DNA of 47,091 bases. Source: Desulfobacterales bacterium. GTDB lineage: Bacteria > Desulfobacterota > Desulfobacteria > Desulfobacterales > UBA5616. The notes beneath the pieces were generated by a model. The model was not told the origin of the DNA, did no database searches, and saw only the letters and a list, made by a program, of their open reading frames with translations. The stretch spans positions 1 through 47,091 of the forward strand of contig JAWODC010000068.1 in the NCBI GenBank assembly GCA_046483495.1, read 5' to 3'. The first letter of the stretch is position 1. Each line of letters starts with the position of its first letter. The position numbers and the translations under genes are program-made. Of this stretch, positions 1 through 9,604 are shown in pieces.

Positions 1-2
1 TC

Positions 3-89
3 AACAAAAAGTACTTTAGAGACGTAGGTCTTGATCCTGAAGAAGATTATCCCAAAACCTGGGAAGAAATGATGGAAGTTTCTGAAAAA
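3..89 (+). other. Internal fragment resembling an ABC-transporter extracellular solute-binding protein (probably foreign/chimeric contig end)
   Basis: Frame from nt 3 reads NKKYFRDVGLDPEEDYPKTWEEMMEVSEK, like the YNKxLFxxAGLDP..PKTWEEL segment of sugar-type SBPs. Similarity stops at ~nt 90. Confidence 0.5.
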
Positions 90-91
90 CG

Positions 92-238
92 GATTACCTG
101 CCGGAAAAACTCGAGGGAACCCGGGTTTACACTCCCACCGACAGGGGATACGAAAAAACGATCAAGCTTCGGCTGGAAAAATGGCGGCAGCTAAAAGCCG
201 CAAGACGGAAAAGGCCCGATAGGCAGGCCGGGGAATGA
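92..238 (+). CDS. rarA: 3' end of replication-associated recombination protein A (RarA/MgsA), partial
   Basis: DYLPEKLEGTRVYTPTDRGYEKTIKLRLEKWRQLK...* matches the RarA C-terminal YLP...YxPTxRGxE motif. In-frame TGA at 83-85 upstream; stop at 236-238. Confidence 0.7.
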   Translation, partial: DYLPEKLEGTRVYTPTDRGYEKTIKLRLEKWRQLKAARRKRPDRQAGE

Positions 239-247
239 AACCGGGCT

Positions 248-1027
248 TCAGGACGTGCATCGAATAGAAAACCGCGCCGTCGATTCTTCTGCGATTTCTC
301 CTTTTTCGGGGTAAAACGTTTTTTCGTAAAAGGTGATGTCATCGTTTTTATCCATCAGGATGATCGATGAACAGCGTGTTCCGTAGATTCTGCTCGTTAT
401 GAATAAAGGGGAAAGAATGCGCTCCCACACATCCCCTGCCCCGGTATCCGGCAGTTCGTGATCGGGTGCATACGCCTCGTCCCTGAGAATGGTGAAAAGG
501 TCGTCCGGATCGATTTCCCCCCCTTTTTCCAAGACGGCTGACAGCATGTTTTTCCCTTTTTGCACCTTTGGCCAGGGTGTGTCCAGGACATCGTTCGACA
601 GTCCGTAAATGCCCGAATCCATTTTCTGAACGGCGGCCCGACGGTTGGAATAATAATAGACCTCCCTGCCCCTGCCTACCAGCAGGTTGAACCCATTGTA
701 GTCATCACCGACAGACCGGACACGTTCCATGTAATCTGCGGCTGCGGCGTCGGACATTAGAAAATCAGCGACGAGATGTCCGCGGGAGGGCGCTTTCAGG
801 CGCACCAGCTCCGGTTCCCGAAAATTCGTTACCGCTGCAAATGATCCGGAAGTGTTGACCCCGAGCCAGGTCCCCATGCTTTGGAGATCTCTTCCGGCGA
901 GGACGTTCGGAGCATCCTCCCAGAAGGAAACAGGTGCTGAAGGACGGTCGTAAAACTCATCGCGGTTTGCCGCCAGAATGAGAGGGTATTCAGGGTGAGC
1001 CGATACGGCAATCAGAATCAAACACAT
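248..1027 (-). CDS. NRDE/TANGO2 family protein
   Basis: N-terminal MCLI...LILAANRDEFYDRP, GTWLG and YGTR motifs. Confidence 0.92.
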   Translation of the reverse strand: MCLILIAVSAHPEYPLILAANRDEFYDRPSAPVSFWEDAPNVLAGRDLQSMGTWLGVNTSGSFAAVTNFREPELVRLKAPSRGHLVADFLMSDAAAADYMERVRSVGDDYNGFNLLVGRGREVYYYSNRRAAVQKMDSGIYGLSNDVLDTPWPKVQKGKNMLSAVLEKGGEIDPDDLFTILRDEAYAPDHELPDTGAGDVWERILSPLFITSRIYGTRCSSIILMDKNDDITFYEKTFYPEKGEIAEESTARFSIRCTS

Positions 1028-1039
1028 AGATGGTTTCCA

Positions 1040-1067
1040 TTGACTTACAGAATGAATATGTTAGGTT
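1040..1067 (+). promoter_or_regulatory. Putative sigma70 promoter for thiolase
   Basis: TTGACT-N16-TAGGTT with TG extension. Confidence 0.4.
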
Positions 1068-1259
1068 ACTTTCCAACCCGAAACGGCCGGTTCGGTTTGT
1101 GCTTTTTGGGTATTGTCCGGCTCCGATTCAGCCCCGCCGGGACGGACTGAATCCGACGTATACTGGATATTAAAAAATATTTGGACATGCAAGGGAATTC
1201 GCCTTGCCCGCTATGATTTGTCGAAACCGTCACAACCATTCAACAAAAGAGGTACGATC

Positions 1260-2549
1260 ATGAAAGATGTTGTTATCGTCAGTGGATCACGAACCGCCAT
1301 CGGGTCATTCGGCGGTTCTCTGCAATCCGTTCCGGCGACCCAACTGGGCGCATTGGTCATTAAAGACGTAATGAACCGAGCGGGGCTAAAGCCGACCGTA
1401 AGCCGTCAAATGCATGATTTGGCCCCGGAGAGCATCAAGGATCAGGGAATCACGGATCTGGAGCAGAAGTATGCCGATTGGAGCGATTCACAAGCCCCTG
1501 TTGCAGTGGACGAAGTCATTATGGGAAATGTTCTCCAGGCCGCCCTGGGGCAGAACTCGGCCAGGCAAGCCATGATATATGCGGGATTACCCAAGGAAAC
1601 CCCTGCCTATACCGTCAACAAGGTGTGCGGTTCCGGATTGAAGGCCATCGCCTTAGGCGCTTCGGCCATAATGACCGGACAGGCGGATGTCGTCATCGCC
1701 GGGGGGTTGGAAAATATGAGCCTTGCACCCATGGCGCTTCCGAAAGCAAGATGGGGGCACCGGATGGAAATCAGCGGAACCGGGGACATTTACGATCTCA
1801 TGGTTTTCGATGGACTTTATGAAATTTTCTACGGCTACCATATGGGAGTCACCGCCGAAAATATCGCCAAACAATACGACGTCAGCCGGAAAGAGCAGGA
1901 TGAGCTCGGTCTGTTGAGTCACCAACGGGCGCGAAAGGCGATCGTGGACGGCATCTTCGCCGATGAAATCGTACCTGTAGTCATAAAAGGCAGAAAAGGC
2001 GACACCGTGGTGGATACCGACGAGCGCCCCATGGATACCAGTATGGAAAAAATGGGCAAGCTGAGGCCGGCCTTCGTAAAGGACGGCACCGTCACGGCGG
2101 GAAACGCATCCGGCATAAACGACGCCGCCGCCGCCGTTTTGATGATGAGCGCGGAAAAGGCCAAGGAAATGGGCCTGGAGCCGATCGTCTCTATCAGGGA
2201 ATTTGCAGCAGGCGGTGTGGATCCCGCCTTCATGGGATTGGGGCCGGTTCCCGCAATCAAGAAAGTGTTGAACACCTCCGGTATGACGCTCGATGACATC
2301 GATGCGATCGAACTCAATGAAGCCTTTGCGTCGCAGGCTATCGGCTGCATGAGGGAACTGAATATACCGGTGGATCGACCCAATGAGTTGGGAAGCGGAA
2401 TTTCTCTGGGGCATCCCATCGGATGCACCGGCGCCCGCCAAATGGTCACCGCCATGTACCATATGAAGCGCAACGGCTACGCCACGGGTCTGGTGTCCAT
2501 GTGCATCGGCGGTGGAATGGGAATGGCCATGATCGTGGAACGAAAATAA
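1260..2549 (+). CDS. Acetyl-CoA C-acetyltransferase (thiolase)
   Basis: Start moved to ATG 1260 (AGAGG SD). Motifs VNKVCGSG, NEAF, GHPIGCTG and CIGGG are intact. Confidence 0.95.
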   Translation: MKDVVIVSGSRTAIGSFGGSLQSVPATQLGALVIKDVMNRAGLKPTVSRQMHDLAPESIKDQGITDLEQKYADWSDSQAPVAVDEVIMGNVLQAALGQNSARQAMIYAGLPKETPAYTVNKVCGSGLKAIALGASAIMTGQADVVIAGGLENMSLAPMALPKARWGHRMEISGTGDIYDLMVFDGLYEIFYGYHMGVTAENIAKQYDVSRKEQDELGLLSHQRARKAIVDGIFADEIVPVVIKGRKGDTVVDTDERPMDTSMEKMGKLRPAFVKDGTVTAGNASGINDAAAAVLMMSAEKAKEMGLEPIVSIREFAAGGVDPAFMGLGPVPAIKKVLNTSGMTLDDIDAIELNEAFASQAIGCMRELNIPVDRPNELGSGISLGHPIGCTGARQMVTAMYHMKRNGYATGLVSMCIGGGMGMAMIVERK

Positions 2550-2715
2550 TCGGTGTGAACACCTTTTTGAAAAAGTGCATTTTCGGGTATTTTCTCCTTT
2601 TAAAATACACCGGATTTTGATAAATTTCACCAACTTTTAAGGATTATCATGCGTTGGTGGGCCCGGTATGCCAAAACGCCTGCCGGGCGCCTTCAAATAG
2701 TGCCGAGGTATTGAT

Positions 2716-2871
2716 ATGAGCATCAGCAGAAGACTGGGAATTATTATATTTTGCATGGTTCCGGCCATTGTCGGCGGCGGAATCATTTACCATTTCTTCC
2801 AAAGCTATACACCGGTTGTCGTCTGGGAAATCTTGCTGATCATTTTTGCCATTGGATTCTTCAGCAAATAG
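2716..2871 (+). CDS. Small 51-aa two-TM membrane protein (not in ORF track)
   Basis: GAGG SD, then MSISRRLGIIIFCMVPAIVGGGIIYHFFQSYTPVVVWEILLIIFAIGFFSK*, with two hydrophobic segments. Confidence 0.6.
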   Translation: MSISRRLGIIIFCMVPAIVGGGIIYHFFQSYTPVVVWEILLIIFAIGFFSK

Positions 2872-3238
2872 GGGGTGACGGATTACGGAACGATCGCCCA
2901 TTCAGGAACGGCCGATTTATCCCATTTCTTCTTGGACAACCATTTTAATCAACGACATAGCAGGAATTATTCCTGCGGTTAACATTACCGGCCTCTGAAT
3001 GCGGGACTACTCCTGTTTCGAATAAACATTGAACTGCGTCGGCGCCGCATTCAACGAACCGCCGGCTCTTAATTCACCCGATCGAACCCGGTATCCACGA
3101 TGCCGAAAACAGCCTGAAAGATATTGATAATCGCGTTTTTTTGCCTGCCTGTTTTCGGCATTTTTTTACATGATCGGCATGCTGCTGCGGCCGTTCACCT
3201 ACATAATCGATGCAAGAAAAATATAAATAGGCCAAAAC

Positions 3239-5674
3239 ATGATCGTCAACGAATCATCGAATGAAATCAGTATAGAAAAAGAAATGAAAAAGTCCTACCT
3301 GGACTATGCCATGAGCGTTATCGTAGGCCGGGCGCTGCCCGATGTCCGGGACGGATTGAAACCGGTCCACCGGCGCGTTCTGTATGCGATGCGGGAACTG
3401 AAAAACGACTGGAACAAACCCTATAAAAAATCGGCCCGCATCGTCGGGGATGTCATCGGTAAATACCATCCCCACGGCGATACCGCTGTGTACGATACGA
3501 TCGTCAGACTGGCCCAGGACTTCTCGATGCGCTATCCCCTTGTCGATGGACAGGGGAATTTCGGTTCGATAGACGGTGACCCCGCGGCCGCGATGCGGTA
3601 CACCGAAATTCGAATGACGCAATTGTCCAACCAGCTGCTGGAAGATTTAGACAAGGAAACCGTCGATTTCGTACAGAACTATGACGAGTCGCTGACCGAA
3701 CCCTGGGTTCTGCCGGCAAAATTCCCCGTGCTTCTGGTAAACGGATCTTCCGGCATCGCCGTCGGCATGGCGACCAACATCCCCCCGCATAACCTCTCGG
3801 AAGTTTCCGAAGCCGTAAAGGCGCTTATCGATAATCCGAACTTGACCTCGAAGGATCTCATGACCTATATACCGGGGCCGGATTTTCCAACCGCGGGCAT
3901 CATACACGGCACGGACGGGATTCGGGACGCCTATGAAACAGGAAGGGGCATCATTCGTATTCGGGCCAGGGCCATGGTCGAAAAAGACAAGCGAACGGAA
4001 AACGAAACCATCGTCGTCACCGAATTGCCTTACCAGGTAAACAAAGCCAGGCTGATCGAAAAAATCGATGCCTTGATGAAGGCCAAGCAAATCGAGGGCA
4101 TCAAATACGTTCGGGATGAATCCGATCGGGAAGGTATGCGGATCGCCATCGGGCTTAAAAAGGACCAGGTGGCCGGGGTTATTTTAAACCTGTTGTACAA
4201 GCACACCCAGATGGAAAACAGCTTCGGCATCATTTTTCTGGCACTCGTCCGGTTCCGGCCCCAATATTTGACCCTGAAGCAGGTGCTGGAAAACTTTATT
4301 CTGCACCGCAAGGAAATCATCATCCGGAGAACCCGGTATGATCTGAAAAAAGCCGAGGCCAGACTTCATATCCTGGAGGGCCTGAAAATCGCCCTTGAAA
4401 ACCTCGATGATGTGGTCAGCCTGATTCGAGGATCCGGGTCGCCCTCCGAAGCCAAAACCAAATTAATGGAACGGTTGTCCCTCACGGCCATACAAGCCCA
4501 GGCAATCCTGGACATGCGGCTGCAGCGCCTAACCGGGCTCGAGCGGGAAAAAATCATGGAAGAGTATGAAGCGGTGAAAAAGGATATCGCCTATTTCCGG
4601 GAAATCCTCTCCACACCCCGCCTCGTGCTGGACATTATCAAAGATGAAACGAATCAGGTTCAGCAGGAATTCGGTGATTCCCGCCGGTCGGAAATTGTCG
4701 AGGAAACAAAAGAACTGACCATCGAAGACATGATTGTCGAAGAAGACATGGTGGTCACCATCACCAACAGCGGGTATATCAAACGGAACCCGATCACCCT
4801 GTATCAAAGCCAACGGCGCGGCGGCAAAGGGAAGACCGCGATGGGGACGAAAGATGAGGACTTCGTTTCCCATCTGTTCGTCGCATCCACCCATCACACC
4901 TTCATGTTTTTCACCAACCTGGGAAAAGTATACTGGTGCAAAGTATACGATATTCCGCAGGCCGGACGGGCCAGCAGGGGGAAAGCCATAGTCAATCTGC
5001 TGCATTTTTCCGAAAATGAAAAATTGACCACCGTATTGGCCGTGCCCTCCTTCGACCCGGGATACTTTGTCCTGATGGGCACCAAAAAAGGATGGATCAA
5101 GAAAACCGAATTGATGGCGTTTTCCCGCCCGCGAGTCGGCGGTATTATCGCGCTCGATTTAGGAGAGGATGACGAACTCATCGCAGCACGTATCACCGAT
5201 GGTTCCAGGAATGTCTTTTTATGCTCCAGGTACGGCAAATCCATCCGTTTCAGGGAATCGGATATTCGTCCCACGGGAAGGACCGCCAGGGGTGTAATCG
5301 GCATGCGCCTCGAGCCGGAAGACCGATTGGTCGGGATGCAGGTGATGTCTTACGGCCAGACGGTTTTGGCCGTCACTGAAAACGGTTACGGCAAACGAAC
5401 GCTGATCGATGAATACCCCGTTCAAAAAAGGGGGGGGAAAGGTGTTATCACCATCAAAACAACCCAGCGCAACGGCAAGGTGGTGTCCCTTCTGTTGTTG
5501 GAGGAAGATGATGACCTGATGTTGATGACCAGTATCGGGAAACTGATTCGTATGCCCATAAACAGCATATCGGTCATCAGCCGAAACACTCAGGGAGTCA
5601 AGCTCATCGGTATGGAACCGAATGAACGCGTCACCGGTGCCGCAAGGTTGGCTGAAAAAGAAGAGACGGAATGA
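3239..5674 (+). CDS. gyrA: DNA gyrase subunit A
   Basis: [24 protein letters not shown] (catalytic Tyr), GyrA-box QRRGGKG and C-terminal pinwheel repeats. Confidence 0.98.
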   Translation: MIVNESSNEISIEKEMKKSYLDYAMSVIVGRALPDVRDGLKPVHRRVLYAMRELKNDWNKPYKKSARIVGDVIGKYHPHGDTAVYDTIVRLAQDFSMRYPLVDGQGNFGSIDGDPAAAMRYTEIRMTQLSNQLLEDLDKETVDFVQNYDESLTEPWVLPAKFPVLLVNGSSGIAVGMATNIPPHNLSEVSEAVKALIDNPNLTSKDLMTYIPGPDFPTAGIIHGTDGIRDAYETGRGIIRIRARAMVEKDKRTENETIVVTELPYQVNKARLIEKIDALMKAKQIEGIKYVRDESDREGMRIAIGLKKDQVAGVILNLLYKHTQMENSFGIIFLALVRFRPQYLTLKQVLENFILHRKEIIIRRTRYDLKKAEARLHILEGLKIALENLDDVVSLIRGSGSPSEAKTKLMERLSLTAIQAQAILDMRLQRLTGLEREKIMEEYEAVKKDIAYFREILSTPRLVLDIIKDETNQVQQEFGDSRRSEIVEETKELTIEDMIVEEDMVVTITNSGYIKRNPITLYQSQRRGGKGKTAMGTKDEDFVSHLFVASTHHTFMFFTNLGKVYWCKVYDIPQAGRASRGKAIVNLLHFSENEKLTTVLAVPSFDPGYFVLMGTKKGWIKKTELMAFSRPRVGGIIALDLGEDDELIAARITDGSRNVFLCSRYGKSIRFRESDIRPTGRTARGVIGMRLEPEDRLVGMQVMSYGQTVLAVTENGYGKRTLIDEYPVQKRGGKGVITIKTTQRNGKVVSLLLLEEDDDLMLMTSIGKLIRMPINSISVISRNTQGVKLIGMEPNERVTGAARLAEKEETE

Positions 5675-6711
5675 ACCACGATACCACCAAGAACGATCCG
5701 ATAAGCGTCGGGATTGTCGGCGCCGGGAGTTGGGGAACGGCGCTGGCCGAGGTTCTGGCCTCTAAAGGATTGAAAACGGATCTTTGGGCGTATGAACCCG
5801 AAGTTGTAGATCAAATAAAATACAGCCGGGAGAATCGATTTTTCCTTCCGGGATTTTCGCTTTCCGAAAATATATTTCCCACAAACGATATCGCATCCGT
5901 TGTATCCGGAAAAGACATGGTTGTCGTAGTCGTGCCGTCCCACTTTGTCAGGGAAATCACCAAACGCATCGGGTCTGCGGTGTCCGCCGATACCATTATC
6001 GTTTCCGCATCCAAAGGCATCGAGAACGCCACGCACATGACCATGTCGGCAGTGATCAGGGATTCACTCCCAGGCCACCCGGACCTTAAGTTGGCCGTTC
6101 TGTCCGGGCCGAGTTTTGCCAGGGAAGTCGCCGGCAAAGTTCCCACCGTGATCACGGTTGCGGCATATGAATCTTACTCGGCCGAGTTTGTTCAAGAGGT
6201 TTTCGCCACGCCCTATTTCAGGGTATACACCAGTCACGATATCATCGGTGTCGAACTGGGCGGATCGGTCAAAAATGTCATAGCCATCGCGGCGGGTATT
6301 GTGGACGGTCTCAACCTGGGGCTGAACACCCGGGCCGCCCTGGTTACCCGGGGGCTTTCGGAAATTCGCCGCCTGGGATTGAAACTGGGCGCCGATCCGA
6401 GGACGTTTACCGGCCCTGCCGGTTTGGGCGATCTGCTGCTGACCTGTACGGGAGATTTAAGCCGAAACCACATGGTCGGCAAAAAGATCGGGCAAGGCAT
6501 GAAGCTCCCGGATATTCTGTCTCAGATGCGCATGGTGGCGGAGGGAGTAAAAACGGCCAAATCGGTCTACAATTTTTCAAAAAAGCTCGGTGTTGAAATG
6601 CCGATCGTAATGGCGACGTACCGAATTCTATACGAGGGCCTGTCCCCAACCGAGGCGCTGCATCAACTCATGACGCGGGATTTACGCCACGAGTTGGATG
6701 ATGAATACTAA
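5671..6711 (+). CDS. gpsA: NAD(P)H-dependent glycerol-3-phosphate dehydrogenase
   Basis: [34 protein letters not shown] and SRN motifs. ATGA overlap with gyrA. Confidence 0.96.
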   Translation: MNHDTTKNDPISVGIVGAGSWGTALAEVLASKGLKTDLWAYEPEVVDQIKYSRENRFFLPGFSLSENIFPTNDIASVVSGKDMVVVVVPSHFVREITKRIGSAVSADTIIVSASKGIENATHMTMSAVIRDSLPGHPDLKLAVLSGPSFAREVAGKVPTVITVAAYESYSAEFVQEVFATPYFRVYTSHDIIGVELGGSVKNVIAIAAGIVDGLNLGLNTRAALVTRGLSEIRRLGLKLGADPRTFTGPAGLGDLLLTCTGDLSRNHMVGKKIGQGMKLPDILSQMRMVAEGVKTAKSVYNFSKKLGVEMPIVMATYRILYEGLSPTEALHQLMTRDLRHELDDEY

Positions 6712-7441
6712 TCGCATGAGCCGCACACCCCCGCATAAGGGATCGGGGCACCGGCAGCGGCTCAGGGATCGATTTCTCTCATCGGGCCTTAACGGATTTC
6801 ATGACTACGAGGTCATTGAACTGCTCTTGACGCTCGGTACGCCCAGACGGGATTGCAAAGATACGGCCAAAGAAGTAATGAAACGGTTCAAGACGCTTCC
6901 CGAGGTATTCGAAGCACCGGTAAAGGAGCTTTGCAGCATCGATGGCATCGGCCCAAAAAATGTATTCGGCCTTAAGCTGATCAAGGCCGTAGCAGACCGG
7001 TATTTGAAAAACCGGTTAATGCGGTCAGATCCCATTTCGAATTCGCAGCATCTTTTTGACTATCTATGCAGCAGTATGCGGGATAAGCATCAGGAGCAGT
7101 TTACGATCATTTTTCTGGACGCCAAAAACCGGATTATTTCGGTTGAAACGCTTTTTACCGGAACGCTCACGGCCAGTTCGGTTTATCCGCGGGAAGTCGT
7201 AGATGCCGCGTTGCGGCACCATGCCGCCGCCGTAATGTTTGCCCACAACCATCCATCCGGTGACCCGCGGCCTTCCTCCGAAGACGTGGCCGTAACGCGT
7301 CATCTTTTATTCGCCTGCAGAATCATGGGCATTACCGCTCATGAGCACCTGATCGTCGGCCATAACACATATTACAGTTTTTCAGATCACGGCCACATCG
7401 CCGAGATGAACCGTGAATTTGAAAGACTCCACGGGTTTTAG
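6698..7441 (+). CDS. radC: RadC/UPF0758 JAB-domain protein
   Basis: GHRQRLRDRF N-terminus, HhH GIGP, VYPREV and AHNHPSGDPRPSSED. Confidence 0.93.
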   Translation: MMNTNRMSRTPPHKGSGHRQRLRDRFLSSGLNGFHDYEVIELLLTLGTPRRDCKDTAKEVMKRFKTLPEVFEAPVKELCSIDGIGPKNVFGLKLIKAVADRYLKNRLMRSDPISNSQHLFDYLCSSMRDKHQEQFTIIFLDAKNRIISVETLFTGTLTASSVYPREVVDAALRHHAAAVMFAHNHPSGDPRPSSEDVAVTRHLLFACRIMGITAHEHLIVGHNTYYSFSDHGHIAEMNREFERLHGF

Positions 7442-7446
7442 AATCG

Positions 7447-7734
7447 ATGACCCGAGATAAAAAACAATATCCGAAATGCTTCGGCCGGCTTGAAACGGTT
7501 TTTCCGCTGAAAGAGGACGGACTTCGCCATACGCCGGAAAGCTGCATGGTGTGTGAATACAAAACCCAGTGCCTGAAAACGGCGATGAACAAAAAGGAGG
7601 GATTGAACGTAAAAGAAGAACTCGTTGACAGGTCCTACCGGGCGGGCACGATCGGCTTTCTGGCCCGGTGGTCACGAAAGAAGGATATTGCTCGAAAAAA
7701 GAAGAAAGACTCCCATGAAAATGACCCTCAGTGA
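7447..7734 (+). CDS. Small basic hypothetical protein with Cys cluster (C...CxxC...C)
   Basis: 95-aa ORF 5 nt after radC, with PKCFG...ESCMVCEYKTQC. Confidence 0.7.
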   Translation: MTRDKKQYPKCFGRLETVFPLKEDGLRHTPESCMVCEYKTQCLKTAMNKKEGLNVKEELVDRSYRAGTIGFLARWSRKKDIARKKKKDSHENDPQ

Positions 7735-7859
7735 TGATGATGACGGTGTTGCCATTTTGATTTGCAAAGACCGGCGCTCATTTTTTTTCGTTCGCGGCGA
7801 CAGAAGAATCGAAGACCAATAAAAATCAAACTTCGGTGTTTATATACCGAAGCCTGATG

Positions 7860-7888
7860 TTGACGAAGTCCCTGCAGCATGTTATTAA
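7860..7888 (+). promoter_or_regulatory. Putative sigma70 promoter
   Basis: TTGACG-N17-TATTAA with TGn, 79 nt upstream of ORF 7968. Confidence 0.5.
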
Positions 7889-7967
7889 ATTAAATATAAA
7901 TCCAGCTGATTCAATTCACTGTTACGCGCTGCAAAGGGCATTTCAATCAAAACGGGAAAAACTGTAA

Positions 7968-9047
7968 ATGAAAGTGGCATACTGGAATGTCAGGGAAGAG
8001 TTGAGCATCAACAATCGGGTACGGCGTTCATATTACGAACTCCTCAGGGATGATCTCGAACAGCAGATGATTCAACACGCGCTGATCGATTCGTATAACA
8101 ATTTCAAAAGCAAAAAAATTACCTATCCCTTTGTGGAGAAACGCGAGCTGAAACCGCGGGGCCGCATACCGGACCTGGAATACAATGCTCAGAATGCTTT
8201 TCTGGTCATCTTCGTTGAAGAAAACATTCCAAACGAATTTAAAAAATACATCCGCTTTTTGGATGAAAACAAAACCACAAAGACCAATTTACTCAACTCA
8301 AAGGGCCTCCCATTGGGTGAAAAGTTCGACAGATCCCAAAAATATCTGGACTCGGCTCATTTCGAAGATTTTCTCAAAGCGCTTCTACCGGTGGATTACG
8401 CGCTGTTAATCCAAAAGGATCCCGCCTTGAAATCCAACCGGTATGGTCTGACCCATTTTCATGTACGAATCGATTGGCCCATTTCCGATGCCGCCGAAGA
8501 TCTTGCCCAGAGGCTGCGTTACATCAGCAAAGATCTGTATGAAAAAGGAGAGAAGTACGCCGAGGATCTTCAAAAAAAATTTTTCGAATACTACAGCCTT
8601 CCAACCATGATCGGCGGCAGGCGGACCGCCGCTATCGTGGCGGCTCAAATTTTAAGGCGGATCCCCTGCATCACGACCGTTTATGCGGGCAGTTGCGAAT
8701 CCAGAGCCTTGATCAGGATTTCGGAAAGGGGGGTTTCGAAAATGGTGTTGATGCTCTTTTCCAATCAGGAAGCAATTCAAATTGCGGAAGAGAATAACAT
8801 TTCATCGGGTTCATTCAGGAAGCATTATGTAGTGGGACGAAAAGGGCGCAATTCAGTTATCCTCTTTCGAACGACGTATGCCCATACCACGCCTGCCAGG
8901 CCGCCGGACGACGGAAAAATACGAGATTTGAAGCCCGACCTCTCCTGGACAACCGTAAGCGGCCAACATATTATACCTATACCCGGGGTGCTCAAATACC
9001 CCCCGCTGCCGACGAATGTTATCTACACGAAATCAGACTCGGAATAG
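7968..9047 (+). CDS. Hypothetical protein (359 aa, soluble, no recognised domain)
   Basis: Long ORF with its own promoter-like sequence and normal composition. Confidence 0.85.
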   Translation: MKVAYWNVREELSINNRVRRSYYELLRDDLEQQMIQHALIDSYNNFKSKKITYPFVEKRELKPRGRIPDLEYNAQNAFLVIFVEENIPNEFKKYIRFLDENKTTKTNLLNSKGLPLGEKFDRSQKYLDSAHFEDFLKALLPVDYALLIQKDPALKSNRYGLTHFHVRIDWPISDAAEDLAQRLRYISKDLYEKGEKYAEDLQKKFFEYYSLPTMIGGRRTAAIVAAQILRRIPCITTVYAGSCESRALIRISERGVSKMVLMLFSNQEAIQIAEENNISSGSFRKHYVVGRKGRNSVILFRTTYAHTTPARPPDDGKIRDLKPDLSWTTVSGQHIIPIPGVLKYPPLPTNVIYTKSDSE

Positions 9048-9052
9048 AACGT

Positions 9053-9511
9053 TTATTCGAGTTCGAGGGTCATCGCAATTTCATCACAATCCGGAAATTT
9101 CACACACAAAATACAATCGGCCCATATTTTCAGTGGAAGATCGGACCTGTCGATACGGGAAAATCCGAACCGTTCGAAAAATCCGGGCCGGTAGGTAAGG
9201 ACGAACAGCTTCTTTATGTCGAACTGTTTTGCCTCTTCGATCGCGCCTGAAACCAACTGTGATCCGATGTTATTTCCGACGTAGTCGGGGTGAACCGCAA
9301 CCGATCGTATTTCCGCCAATTCTTCCCAACAAAACTGCAATGCGCAACACCCGATCACCCGCCGCGTCTTTGGATCGACACAAACCGAAAAATCCCGCAC
9401 GTGATCATACAGCCGGCTCAACGGTCTCGGAAGCAGTTCTCCCCGATAGCCGTATTCCTGGAGAAGGCCGTGTATTTCTTTAATATCCGATATAACCGCT
9501 TTTCGCATCAT
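9053..9511 (-). CDS. GNAT N-acetyltransferase, short ArgA (N-acetylglutamate synthase)-like
   Basis: LLPR, WEELAEIRSVAV, LFVLTY, LPxKIWADC..C..FPDCDE signature. Confidence 0.88.
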   Translation of the reverse strand: MMRKAVISDIKEIHGLLQEYGYRGELLPRPLSRLYDHVRDFSVCVDPKTRRVIGCCALQFCWEELAEIRSVAVHPDYVGNNIGSQLVSGAIEEAKQFDIKKLFVLTYRPGFFERFGFSRIDRSDLPLKIWADCILCVKFPDCDEIAMTLELE

Positions 9512-9604
9512 GATGGATCATATCCTTTTAGTTCGGTACCGGTCGTGCACCGCCAAACCGAAAGGCACCGGGTGAGATCGAAAAAAATGTAAATCCTGAA
9601 AGGC

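Noticed and set aside
1113..1259. Extended N-terminus of the thiolase ORF from a TTG (similar extensions in miaB, recJ, ThiF, PHP, DHH-CBS, rplF)
   Set aside because: Family similarity, and in several cases SD sites or gene overlaps, point to downstream ATGs.
1653..2633. 326-aa antisense ORF over the thiolase, and the many other shadow ORFs
   Set aside because: These are antisense or alternate-frame products of codon bias in well-supported genes, with no motifs.
6698..7441. radC as a marker of a mobile or anti-defence element
   Set aside because: It is the full-length HhH+JAB chromosomal type in a housekeeping operon, with no integrase or mobile genes nearby.
7625..7822. Short ORF with GAT repeats (SDDDD) after the Cys-cluster gene
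   Set aside because: It overlaps the upstream gene, has no clear SD or motif, and the repeat is too short to be meaningful.
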